From Ranitomeya imitator (Eukaryota), in the NCBI RefSeq assembly GCF_032444005.1, contig NC_091286.1:578708001-578772000 (forward strand): a stretch of 64,000 bases of DNA. The letters are read 5' to 3'. Position numbers and translations under genes: made by a program. How positions within the stretch are numbered: the first letter of the stretch is position 1; each line of letters starts with the position of its first letter. Shown one piece after another: positions 25,331 to 37,140 of this stretch. Below the pieces are notes generated by a model. That model was not told the DNA's origin and did not search any database. It worked only from the letters and a program-made list of their open reading frames with translations.

Positions 25331-26579
25331 GAAAGCAGTTCTCACAGATGGCAAACTCTGCAGAAGGGACACAGCCCTGCTGTATTAACCCCTAAGGCCG
25401 GGTTCACATTTGCGTATGTGTGCGCAGCGTATGATCCGCATGTGTCACGCCTACATATCTTTAACACTGTGTACGCAGTGACATGTTTTTGCATGCGTTC
25501 GCTTGCGGATGCGTACGCATGCGTTGTTTGGAGGTGTGCGGCGGGGTCCGACGAATGCAACATGTTGCATTTTTTGAGGCGGCAAATATTGCTCAATCGT
25601 CCGCATGCGTACGATTGCGTCAAAACGCATTACTGTCTATGGGAACGCATTGTTACGCAAGGTCATGCGTACGCTTGCGTTCGATATGCATGCGTACTTC
25701 TGACTAATTTTGCCTTGGAAATGATATAACCACCTGAAAATTGCCAGCTGTATTAAAGGGGGCTTGGAGACAGGAAGTCCATAACTCTCAAGACTCTTGA
25801 TGCGCTCATAGGGCATTGGATGAAGCCAGAAGACTCTGGATGTAAGTATAGAAACTTTGAAAAGGTCTGTCTGTCTCTCACTGCATTCTGTACTCTGTAC
25901 TTATGGGTTTTTTTTCTGTTGCTTCTAGACTGTTTGTTGCTGCCATCCTGATGCCTCCATCTTGGTCCCAGTGCTGCCGTCTACATGCAAGTAAAGAAGA
26001 TGTGAAAATGTCTGTCTGTCTTTGCACTCTGTACAGATTTATTTTCCATTCCTTGTAGAGTAGGTGCTGCTGTCTTGGTCCCAGTGCCGCCGTCTTGGTC
26101 CCAGTGCCGCCGTCCATGTAAGTATAGAACCTTTGAAAATGTCTTTCTATCTTTGCACTCTGTACAGAATCCCCCCCCCCCACCCGATTCCTGTAGATTA
26201 GGTGCTGCTGTCTTGGTGCTGGTGCTGCTCTCTTAGTCCCAGTGTTGCTGTCCTGGTGCGGTTCTTCAGTCCGTCCTGGTGCTGTTATGCGGTTCCTGTT
26301 GTCTGATGCCTGTCTGCTGTGTGCTTGGACTACTGCCTGTAATGTAAGTATTGTTGTCCAAATTTTTATGTTTTTTTTTACATTGTGTTTTGCTTTTACC
26401 AAGTTACATTTTTTTTCTTTCTCTAGTGTATCACTTGATTGCTGCCTGCTCTTACAACATGTCCTCCACTGAAGGTTCCGAAAGTGACCATGACAACGAT
26501 TATGTAATCGCATTTGATTTACTGATTGGTATGTATTTACTGTCAATACTAGACATGTGTTAAATCATGTATTTTCTTT

Positions 26580-26729
26580 ACAGGTACCTGACACTGCAGA
26601 AGAGCAGGAGCAGTCAAGTGGAAATGTATCTTCCCAGGGTCATCGGCCTCAAGTTGCTGAGGAGGAAAGACGGGGTGTAAGTATCCTTTTTCAGAGTTTT
26701 TATTGAATTTGTTGTCATTTTTACTAACA
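26580..26729 (+). repeat. 150-bp direct repeat, copy 1 (copy 2 at 28089-28238)
   Basis: ACAGGTACCTGACACTGCAG...TTACTAACA is identical to 28089-28238 except for 2 substitutions. Confidence 0.95.
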
Positions 26730-28088
26730 GGAGGAAGCTGTCGCGAAACGCGCGTCGGGGTTTGGTGGGTTTGGTGGAGAGTGGCGTGCCATGTGCGGCT
26801 GGAAACGGAGAGCACCCGGCAATTAGGTAATACGTATATTTAGGGGTCTTTACGTACCCTGTACTTAGACATGTATAGATGCATGTAAATTATTGTTTGC
26901 TTGGCAATTAGGTCTGTTTCAGACCATTTATTTTACGCATTAGTTCTCTGCTATACACGGATGGCCACCTGCTGTAATGATGGTTCATACATTGCTTGAC
27001 AGTATTTATTATTTGTATTACATCAAGTTTCGGCACAGAGTATACTTATCAGTGGCTCTTTGTAATCAGGCTGTTTAGCGGTGTTGTAGTGTTGGCTCAC
27101 GGTAGCTATCACTTTCGGCACCGGTCATGGGATAATTGAACCCATCTGTCATATTGTTGCGCAGCCAAGTGTGGTTATGCTTAGTTGATAGATATTTACC
27201 CACAGGATAATAGGGGCATATTTATATCAAATTGTTCTTAGTATATAATCGGAGCTTAGCATAGCATCTGAATCCGTTTGTTATATTGTTGCGCTGCCAA
27301 ATTTGGTTATGCCTAGTAGATAGATGTTTTCCCACATGACAATAAGGGCACATTTACAGCAAATTGTTCTGAGTATATAATCGGAGTATAGCTATTATGG
27401 CTCTAATTTTAGCTTTAGGTCAAAGCCACTGATTTCTTTGATGGTGCAATTGAAGTACCATTTGGCAGTGCGTGTAATTGAATTTACACATTCAAATATC
27501 AGCTGTGGATTGAATACTTTTTGCGGCTATAAAGCATTGGTGATTTTGATACAATTGAACCGTAATTAGGCTATCTTGAATTATGTGAATAACTTTTTGT
27601 GCACATTAACTGTTGTCAATGCTTTAATACACCCTTAGGGTTTTTTTTTAGAATAATATTCAATTATGTATATATCTTATTAAATTGATATTCGGATGTA
27701 TATACCGTAAATATTTTTTACACTATTAATATTGTGCAACAGATAATAGGCACCTAAATCTAATATTCATTGGTAGTAGTTTCTAGCATGCTCCATTGCC
27801 AAATTTAACGAATTTATGTATATGTGTATTACCTGGTGCTCTCCTATTAACATTACAATTCTATTTACGCCTATCTCCATGATATAATTGATTCTTATGG
27901 TTTTGAGGCATTGTTTTAGTATTTGTTTTGTATGTGTTAATAAAATTATAACTTTTTATAAAAAAAACATAGCACTCTTTGATTCAGCATGCAGCTTAAT
28001 ATCTGCCTAGCGGATCATTATGTTTGATGTTATATTCGAGTGTTGCCCATCCCGAGTTTGTGGTTATGGGTCTGGGTCATATGTTGAC
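26730..28088 (+). mobile_element. Penelope-like (pLTR-type) insertion
   Basis: Begins GAGGAAGCTGTCGCGAAACGCGCGTCGGGG (truncated hammerhead motif typical of Penelope pLTRs). AT-rich body with an internal ~110-bp duplication; bounded by the 150-bp direct repeat. Confidence 0.6.
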
Positions 28089-28238
28089 ACAGGTACCTGA
28101 CACTGCAGAAGAGCAGGAGCAGTCAAGTGGAAATGTATCTTCCCAGGGTCATCGGCCTCAAGTTGCTGAGGAGGATAGACGGGGTGTAAATATCCTTTTT
28201 CAGAGTTTTTATTGAATTTGTTGTCATTTTTACTAACA
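28089..28238 (+). repeat. 150-bp direct repeat, copy 2
   Basis: Copy of 26580-26729; the donor gtaagt has become gtaaat. Confidence 0.95.
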
Positions 28239-29663
28239 AATTCTTTTTTTGTATTTCATCTATAGGTTCCACAACATGACATAGATAATCACCTATTGCT
28301 GTGCAACAGCGAGCAGCGTTGTGGGACCCTCGTGATTGGAATCATTCTGACTCTGTCTTGATCCGACAACTCTGGGAAGAAGTGGCCAGGTCGCTGGTGG
28401 ACGATTGGGACCATGCAAAGCCAAAAGTCATTAAGGATTTTGGTAAGTATTGCTATTTTGTCCGCCTCTGTTTTTCTGTAAATTTAGCTGTCCTTTAACA
28501 ATTTTATTTTTCTTCCCCTTCACAGAGAAGAGAGTAAAAGTTTGTTGGCGTTCGATGAAGGATCGCTTCAATAAGGACATGAGAGAGGAAATTCAGGTTT
28601 GAAGTGGTGCAGCTCGAAAAATCAGAAAATACAAGTATCATAACCAGCTTTCTTTTCTGAAGCCAGTGGTTGCTCAGCGAATGTGAGAATCTTTTGTGTG
28701 GTCTTCCACTATTATTTAATTTTTTCTTTTTTGTAATAATCTTCCTCTGTTGGAGCGGCCCCTCATCGACCAGCCAACGAACCAGCACCATCCCAATCAT
28801 CCACCAGCGATGGAGCAGTCAGGCAGGCTTCACAGGCTGGGGAACAGGAAGCCAGTCCTTCTGATTTTCCCCTCTCCCAGCTCTCTGCCACTACTTTACT
28901 TGGGTCTGCTCGAAGGTGGCAGAGGGCTTGGGAGAGGTCAGTCATGCCTGAGTTTATTCACTTAAGCTCAGTCTTTCAGGCTGGGATAAAGGCGAGTGTG
29001 GATAGGATGGAGAGTTGGTTCACTCATGTGAACACTGTTCCAGGAAGCCCACAAACGCCTTGACGGCGACCTTAATAGTCCAGAGCAACATTATTTTTCC
29101 ACGGGGCATGACGGAAATCCTTAGTCCTGCTCTCCAGCAGTGTGTGATGAAGGCCTGTCAGGATGCTTATACCAAGGCCATGGAGCGATCCAGATATCAA
29201 CTTCCAACTTGTTTTCCACTCATAATGTGTCCTCTTCCGTCAATGTGTCTTCTCCCATCGTGTCTGACCCAATCCTCCAATTGTTTTTACACTTCCCCTG
29301 TAACAACTTCTCCAACCACTCCTAACCTACCATCACAGCCCAACACCCCCCTTGTCCACCATGTTACTCCCTCCCACAGACCCCGGAAGTAATTAATCAT
29401 TTTTCCTATTTTGTTTTTTTAAAAATTGTAAATTTTTATTTCCGTTAGTAAAAATTGTTTTGATTCACAATACCGGTCTCATTGTGTTTTCTTTATCTCT
29501 TTATTTAACCATGTGTGTATTGTTGAGTGAAGTATGAATGGGTGTAACAGTTAAGGTGTTTATTATACAAGTTAGATTCAAGGTGTTAATATTAGAGTCA
29601 GAAAACATTACAGGTACATAACATTAAAAGTACATAACATAACAGGTACATTTTATTTACAGG

Positions 29664-30530
29664 TTAAACCATTTCATCTTGCCATGACACACATCCACGA
29701 TCAGAAACAAAATAGGCTGCAAATTTATCCCTCATATGGGCAACTTCGACTGTAGTCCTCAAAGGGTGATGTTGGTAATCCTGCAATGTGGTATTAACAG
29801 TTTCCTCAAGTTCAAAGTGGGGTTGCTCTTTTGACAGGATGTAGTTATACAGAACAACACATGCTTTCACAACCTCATCAATTGTCTCTTTTTAGATTTA
29901 TGGCTATGCCCAAAATGCGCCATTTAGATGCCAGCAAACCAAAGACACGCTCCACAGTTCTTCGTGCCCTTGTCAGTTGGAAGTTGAAAATCCTTTTAGT
30001 GTGACTCAAGTCCCAACTTGAGTACGGTTTTAGGAGGTTGCCAGACATATGAAATGCCTCATCCCCAACAATAACAAATGGCATTGGCGGTCCTTCAGTG
30101 TTAGGAAGTGGTTGTGGGGGGGGGGGGGGGAGGGAGGAGGAATTAAAATCATTCCCATACAATCGTTGTCCCATGTCAGAGTTTTTGAAAGTCTGAGTCA
30201 TTTCTTTGTCCAAATGAGCCAACGTCAACGAATCGACACTCAGCATCCACAACTGCCATCAGAACAATGGAAAAGTATTTTTTATACTTGAAGTACTCAG
30301 ATCCACTTCCTGCAGGTTTCAGAATCTGAATGTTTGCCGTCCCCAGCCCCCACACAGGTAGGAAAATTACACACTTCATTGAATTTTGCTGCATATTTCA
30401 TCCAGAGAGTTCAGCTGTGGGTTGGGAGAGGAAGTCGGCATGCAGAACGTCAAACAATGCACGGCAGGTGTCTCCAACAATCCCAGGGTGGACAGTCCAT
30501 TTCAAAACTGAAAATACCCTCGTCCCTCCA
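29664..30530 (-). pseudogene. Harbinger transposase pseudogene (second element), multiply frameshifted
   Basis: YKKYFSIVLMAVVDAECRF, IVGDEAF, RARRTVERVFGLLASKWRILG, MRDKFAAYFVSDRGCVSWQDEMV* across ORFs 30176-30394, 29878-30252 and 29664-29870. Confidence 0.9.
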
Positions 30531-30589
30531 ATGCATAGAGACATGCTGAGTCAGAGTCACTCGGCCATTTGCTGCCTTACTAGCCAAAG

Positions 30590-31100
30590 TTGATGATTTT
30601 GAAAACCGCCAGAGGCTGGTGGGGTTCCCAAAAAAGGTGGTGAGGAAAGACCCAAATGGATTTTCTCAAAATTGGCTGGTGGAAATATTCAGGAAGAAAC
30701 TCTTTTTCCCTGTTTGCTGTTGTAAGGTACCACAGGGTCCCTATGAGACCTGGTCCAGTGGGTAGACCTCCTAATGCCCATTCTGCTAAAGATTCTACAC
30801 TATAAAGACCGGGACAGCATCCTCAGGAAAGCCAGGGAAAAGCAAGACATTTTGCTTGGGGTGTGTGTGTGTGTGTGTTGGGTGGGTGGGTGGGGGTGGG
30901 GGGAAGGGTGTCTTGAAAATATCCTTCTTTTTGAACTTTTCGGTAGAGGTCTAACACAAAAGATCCCCGTTTCTGAATGTAAAGAGGCACTTGTAGTGCA
31001 GTACTCTATGATTGTTCCAGCAAAATTGAGAGTAGTTGCTGTTGGATTTACTTTATTTTTTGAAGACGCTTTGAGATTTTTTCGGGGAAAATACGGGCTA
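30590..31100 (+). mobile_element. LINE-1 ORF1 (Transposase_22-like) fragment
   Basis: DDFENRQR..LVGFP; RYHRVP...PILLKILHYKDRDSILRKAREK; YSMIVPAKLRVV. Interrupted by (GT)n/(GGGT)n. Confidence 0.75.
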
Positions 31101-31779
31101 GCATGTGCTGTTTTTCCTCTATGCTCATAACTTTGAAGGGAGAGTTATGATAAAAATTACAGACCCCTCCTTTCTTTGTTGGTGGGAAAAATCGGCAGTG
31201 CCAAATACTTATTTTCCCCGCTGTATAATTCTCTGCCATTAAAGATTTTGGTAGATCTCACGGCTACAATTAAACCTACGATTTTTTTAAATCCTAGAAA
31301 TGTGAGGTTTTATTAGGGGTTATATTTTCTGTATCAAACAGTCTCTAAGATTTGTTTCTGTGTTGAAAAATGTTTTGGGTTAAAAAAAAAAAAAGTAAAA
31401 AAAAAAAAAAAGCTATAATTCCTAAACCCTTACTCCAATTAGGATGTGATTGATTACCGTATATACGGTAACTTTATCAAGCGGTAGGCGAGTAGATTAA
31501 CACAAGACACAGCATACAGATATACACAGAAATAGGCCTCATTCACACATCCATGTTGCATGTACACGTTTTATCACAGATAGAACATGTACTCATAATT
31601 ATCTCACATGACCATGTTTTCTTGATATCACGGACGTAAAGTGCCAGTACAAGTCTATGGGTCCGTGAAAACCACATACAGCACACGGATCAGTGTACAA
31701 TCTGTATGTGGTCCGGATTTACTATAGCAAAGAATTGGTAAAGCTTTGTAATTTATATACAGTATCATCTGTGAAAAAC

Positions 31780-32115
31780 ACTGATGGTAAGAATGGACAC
31801 ACACGGACCAAACACTGACGGTAAGACTGGACACACACGGACCAAACACTGATGGTAAAAATGGACACACGGACCAAACACTGATGGTAAAAATGGACAC
31901 ACGGACCAAACACTGATGGTAAAACAATGGACACACGGACCAAACACTGATGGTAAAAATGGACACACGGACCAAACACTGATGGTAAAACAATGGACAC
32001 ACGGACCAAACACTGATGGTAAAAATGGACACACGGACCAAACACGGATGGTAAAACTGGACACAGACCAAACACTGATGGTAAAAATGGAAACACGGAC
32101 CAAACACTGATGACA
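31780..32115. repeat. ~30-33-bp minisatellite (GATGGTAAAAATGGACACACGGACCAAACACT) inside a Harbinger-type MITE (~31540-32150)
   Basis: About 10 tandem units with length variants; MITE-like start GGCCTCATTCACACATCC near 31535. Confidence 0.85.
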
Positions 32116-33385
32116 CTGGTACCATTTTTTCATGTACGTGTTTAAACGCGAATATGTGAATGAGATCTTGTCGGGAAAAAAAAAATAATGGAAGTTTTTC
32201 ATCCATATTTCACCTCTGAGTCTTTTATTTTCATGATTGTCTTATGTTATTTGATAACTGCTGAACACAACATGTTCATTGTCAGCAAACCGCAGAAGTG
32301 CGATTACTCAGCAGGGGGAAATGAAGGAAGGAAATAAGGAAGTTATAGTGGTCATGTAAAAGTCATCTGCAGTCATTCACAGATGGTCACGGAGACCACC
32401 CAAGAATAAGGCAGAAGAACAGGGGACATGGCCCAGTGAAGACATTTACCCCACTTACAAAATACATTACAACAGATTTCACTTCTACTTCTCCCATTTT
32501 CACTTCTGTTTTTGGGTAGAAATTTGCAGGAAAACATTGCGCCAAGATTGAGCCCGGTCATACACAGCAGAGTCCGTACACCACCAGCGAGTGCTCAGCT
32601 TTCTTGACACCTCTGATTTGCTAGGTATTTCTAATTCCCAAAAAAGGGTTATCCCCCCTCTGAAAAGTCAACAATATATTATAATAGCATTTTTCATTTT
32701 TTTGCCCTGTTTTTGCACTTCCAAGAGCCGAGACTCTACTTTGCCATTGACATAGCCATAGGAGGGCTGGCTATTCCACGATGAGATGTATTTTTCAATG
32801 ACACTATGCATTTTATCATCTAATGCACTGAAAAAAAGGAAAAAAATCCAAGTAAGGTGAAAAAAATAAAACACAGCCATACAATTGAAATGATGCTGTC
32901 GGTGATTAACAGCGGCATTTAAATGGTTAAACAGGAGCAATCAGAACTTGCTCTGTTTGCTGCTGATACAGGCAAATCCTGACTTTGTATCAGTGCAGGC
33001 TCAGCTCCTGAGCCGTTCCATGCTCCCTCTACTCCTGTGATGAAAATTTACATCATATGGTCACGAAGCAGTTGACAAAGTTTATCACCAGAAATACATA
33101 AATATATGTACAGATAGTAGTGACCTCTGGTGCAAATTCTAACTCTGCAGCATGTCCATATTCAGGTTGAGCTTTTTCCCCATTGAGTTTATTAGGAAAA
33201 TCAAAATTCAAAATTTTCAACAAACCCCATTTGCTTTGAATTTTGCTGCACATAATACTGTGCATCTCCGGAAAAAAAAACATTTCCTAAGAAAAAAAAC
33301 AATTATTTGAAAGAGAAAACCCCCCCCCACTATACTTAACTTAATTTCAAACAAAAAGAAGTGCGGCACTCACCGTTTCCTAAAA

Positions 33386-33393
<8 letters not shown>

Positions 33394-33447
<54 letters not shown>
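33394..33447. repeat. (TA)n microsatellite
   Basis: Direct reading. Confidence 0.95.
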
Positions 33448-33450
<3 letters not shown>

Positions 33451-34567
33451 TCCTTTGTTGCATTATTCAGTACATGAAGGCGGTGTGCAGGGGGGGCGAG
33501 GAAAACGAAGTGGACGACTGTAGTTTTGTGTTAAACTAATGCTTCTAGGGGTCCAGGAAACCAAACGGACCTCATAATAGTCAATGGGACCCCTCAATGC
33601 CATCTACAAAGCTGATACAACAGATCACTTACCGGTATTCCATTTGTTTCTAAAACGGAACAGACATATGTAAAGTTTGAGTCTTAGAACAGATGCTTCA
33701 TAATGGTCTTTTTTCATGGGAAATGACACTAAAAGTAGTGTCGACGGCAGGAAAATAAACAGGTTCTGAAAAGAACTTGAAGAAGCCTTGAACTGTAGAT
33801 AAAACATTTCTATGGCGCTCACTAGAGTGGTGGCTCTGTCCAATTCCCACTTCGGGCTCCGTATAACCTCAGAGACGCCATGTGCACATGAGTAGGTCGG
33901 CACACAAAGTCTGTATGGTTCCATAAACAGTGAGTGCCGCCATGGGTTGCTTCCGTGAGAAGCAGTAATCCGCCAGTAACGGCTAACCTGTAGTTACGAT
34001 TTTCATCATTTCTCCTATTTACACCAAAACCATAAAAGTAACAGAGAAAGCTAAAGAACTAAAATATACTTCTGCAAACAAGCGCTGAACTATAAATCTC
34101 CAATGTTTAGAATAGTGAAGTGACGCAAGCCTCATTGCAGATAGCCAAGTATGTAAACTCCTCCATCGTCACACGTGAAATATGCCGTGTTTACCACTTC
34201 AGAAGGTCAGACAATTACGTTCTAGCCACCAACATTGGCGTAAAAAAGTCAGATAGTTATAACATAGATGTTAGAACTTCGGCCTATAATCCCCTTGGAA
34301 ACATCAATACACAGATAGGGGGCTCATAATCAAAAAAGGTCTGAGCACCAAGCTGTAAAAATCAACCATCGAATACCGAATGATGGGGCTGTACACTCAA
34401 TCACTGGCCTCTTAATGGGAACCTGTCAGGTCCCCCGTGCCCCCAGAACCACCAGCAGTTGTGTCTGCACACACCATATAAAAAAAACACATCTGCATGT
34501 TCTTCTCAATATCTGACATGAGATCAGAATAAACCTTTCCCATTTAGGCCAATTAGGATTACCATAA

Positions 34568-35072
34568 TCTATATATATAATTGTCTAAGGGTTTTTCCGT
34601 CTGTCTGTCTGTCTTGGAAATCCCACGTCTCTGATTGGTCGAGGCCGCCAGGCCTCGACCAATCAGCAACGGGCACAGCATCGACGTAGAAATCCCGCGT
34701 CTCTGATTGGTCGAGGCCGCCAGGCCTCGACCAATCAGCAACGGGCACAGCGACGATGATGTCATAAAGGACGTAGACATCCCGCGTCTCTGATTGGACG
34801 AGGCCGCCAGGCCTCGACCAATCAGCAACGGGCACAGCGACGATGAGGTCATAAAGGACGTAGAAATCCCACGTTTCTGATTCAGCGACGGGCACAGTAT
34901 CGACGTAGATGTCATAATGGTTGCCATGGCGACGATGATGTCATAAAGGTTGCATCGACCAATCAGCGACGGGCACAATCTGCCGAGAATTCTGGAATCA
35001 TCATTGTCCATATACTACGGTGACATGCATATTCTAGAATACCCGATGCGTTAGAATCGGGCCACAATCTAG
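34568..35072 (+). mobile_element. Non-autonomous Helitron
   Basis: A|TC 5' end, CTAG|T 3' end, subterminal hairpin CCCGAT-GCGTTAGA-ATCGGG (35042-35061), no TSD. Confidence 0.88.
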
Positions 35073-35079
35073 TTATTAA

Positions 35080-37140
35080 TATTTGCCAAATGCCAGAGTA
35101 ATGAAAGAGAATGTTTTAAGGTATTTTTATTACTTACTGCAAAGTCAAAAGTTTACATACATTTCATTAGTATTTGGTACCATTACCCTTAAACTGAGTG
35201 ACTTGGGTCAAACGTATGGGATTTCCTTCCACAAGTTTCTCACAATAGTTGGTCAGAATTTGGGCCCGTTTCGCCAGACAAAACTGGTGTAACTGATGCA
35301 GGTTTGTAGGTCGCCTTGCTCACACCGGCCTTTTCAACTTTGCCCACAAATTTTCAATAGGACTGAGATCAGTGCTTTGTGATGGCCACTCCAAAATATT
35401 GACTTTGTTATTCTTAAGCCACTTTATTACCATTTTGGCAGTATGCTTCGGGTCATTGTTCGTTTGGAAGACCCATTTCCACCCAAGCTTTAAAGGGAAC
35501 CTGTCACCCCGTTTTTTGAGATTGAGATATAAATACTGTTAAATAGGGCCTGCGCTGTGCGTTACTATAGTGTATGTAGTGTACCCCGATTCCCCACCTA
35601 TGCTGAGAAATACATTACCAAAGTCGCCGTTTTTGCCTGTCAATCAGGCTGGTCAGGTCGGGTGGGCGTGTTCACAGCGCTGTTTCTTCCTCAGCTTTAC
35701 GTTGGTGGCGTAGTGGTGTGCGCATGTTGAAGTGACTAATCCACTGTGGGCACGTGAACAAGCAGCGCGCGATCTGCGCTGTCATCCCTTTCATCGGTGG
35801 GGGCGGCCATCTTCCTGGGGCCGCGAGTGCGCAGATAGAATGCTCTGCTGCACGGGGCTTCAGGAAAATGGCCGCGGGATGCCGCGCGTGCGCACAAGAG
35901 ATCGCGGCGGCCATTTTCCCAAAGCCGAGTTTGCATCTCGGCTTTGGGAAAATGGCCGCCGCGATCTCTTCTGCGCACGCGCGGCATCCCGCGGCCATTT
36001 TCCTGAAGCCCCGTGCAGCAGAGCACGCTATCTGCGCACGCGCGGCCCCAGGAAGATGGCCGCCCCCACCGATGAAAGGGATGACAGCGCAGATCGCGCG
36101 CTGTGTCTTCACGTGCGCGCAGGGAATTCGGAACTTGGACATGCGCACACCACTACGCCACCAACGGAAAGCTGGGGAAGAAAAGAGCGATGTCACCACG
36201 CCCACCCGACCTGACCAGCCTGATTGACAGGCGAAAACGGCGACTTTGGTAATGTATTTCTCAGCATAGGTGGGGAATCAGGGTACACTACATACACTAT
36301 AGTAACGCACAGCGCAGGCCCTATTTAACAGTATTCATATCTCAATCTCAAAAAACAGGGTGACCGGTTCCCTTTAACTTCCTGGCTGATGTCTTGAGTT
36401 GTTGCTTCAGTATTGCCACATAATCTTCTCATGATGCCATCTATTTTGCGAAGTGAATCAGTCCCTCGTGCAGCAAAACAACCCCACAACACGATACTGC
36501 CACCCCTGTGTTTCACAGTTGTGACAGTGTTCTTAAGCTTCCAACCTTCTCCCTTTTTCCACCAAACGTAATGATGGTCATTATGCCCAAAGAGTTCAAT
36601 TTTAGTTTCATCAGACCACAGGACATTTCTCCAAAAATTAAGGTCTTTGTTCCTTTGTGTTTTTGCAAATATTAATCTGGCTTTTTTGTGTTTCTTTGGG
36701 CGTAATAGCTTCTTCCTGGCAGAGTGGTCTTTCAGCCCATCTTGATACAGTAATCGTTTCACTGTGGATATTGATACAATCTTGCCAGCTTCCGTCATCA
36801 TCTTCACAAGCTCTTTTGTTTTTGTCCTTGGATTGATATGCACATGTCGGACCAAAGCACGTTCATCTCTGGGACACAGAACCCATCTCCTTCCTGAGCG
36901 GTATGATGGCTGGACATTCTCATCTTGTTTGTACAGATGAACGAGGCACCTTCAGGTATCTTGAAATTGTACCCAAGGATGAGCAAGACTTGTGCAAGTC
37001 CACAGTTATTTTCCGGATATCCTGGCTAATTTCTTTAGATTTTCCCATGACGCTACACAAAGAAGCAGTGTGTTTCAGTTGTGCATTAGAATACATCCAC
37101 AGGTGATGTCTCTAACTCAGGTTTTTTTTTTTTTGCAACA
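35080..37140 (-). mobile_element. Tc1 element relic split by a T2 MITE
   Basis: ORF 36325-36855(-) has VLWSDETKIELFG and TVKHRGGSIVLWGCF. The flanks CCAAGCT-TTAA-CTTCCTGGCTG rejoin across the MITE. Confidence 0.85.
35494..36373. mobile_element. Kolobok/T2-type MITE, 880-bp palindrome
   Basis: TTAA TSD at 35490-35493 and 36374-36377; ends AGGGAACCTGTCACCCC...GGGTGACCGGTTCCCT; symmetry centre near 35930. Confidence 0.92.

Larger units (their letters stand above)
26455..29392 (+). pseudogene. Myb/MADF-like gene of the second Harbinger (degenerate, one exon duplicated)
   Basis: Exon ~28265-28442 VQQRAALWDPRDWNHSD...QLWEEVA; exon ~28526-28682 KVCWRSMKDRFNK...V*SGAARKIRKYKYHNQLSFLKP (premature stop); last-exon remnant 29015-29392 LSPALQQCVMKACQDAY. 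Confidence 0.8.
25396..30560. mobile_element. Second, decayed PIF/Harbinger transposon (right end lost)
   Basis: TAA|GGCCGGGTTCACATTTGCG left TIR, Myb/MADF exons on the plus strand and transposase fragments on the minus strand, as in the element at 18109. Confidence 0.85.

Noticed and set aside
31655-32206. Repetitive ORFs of 124-183 aa
   Set aside because: Translations of the minisatellite.
35672-36227. Mirror-image ORF pairs on both strands
   Set aside because: Produced by the palindromic T2 MITE.
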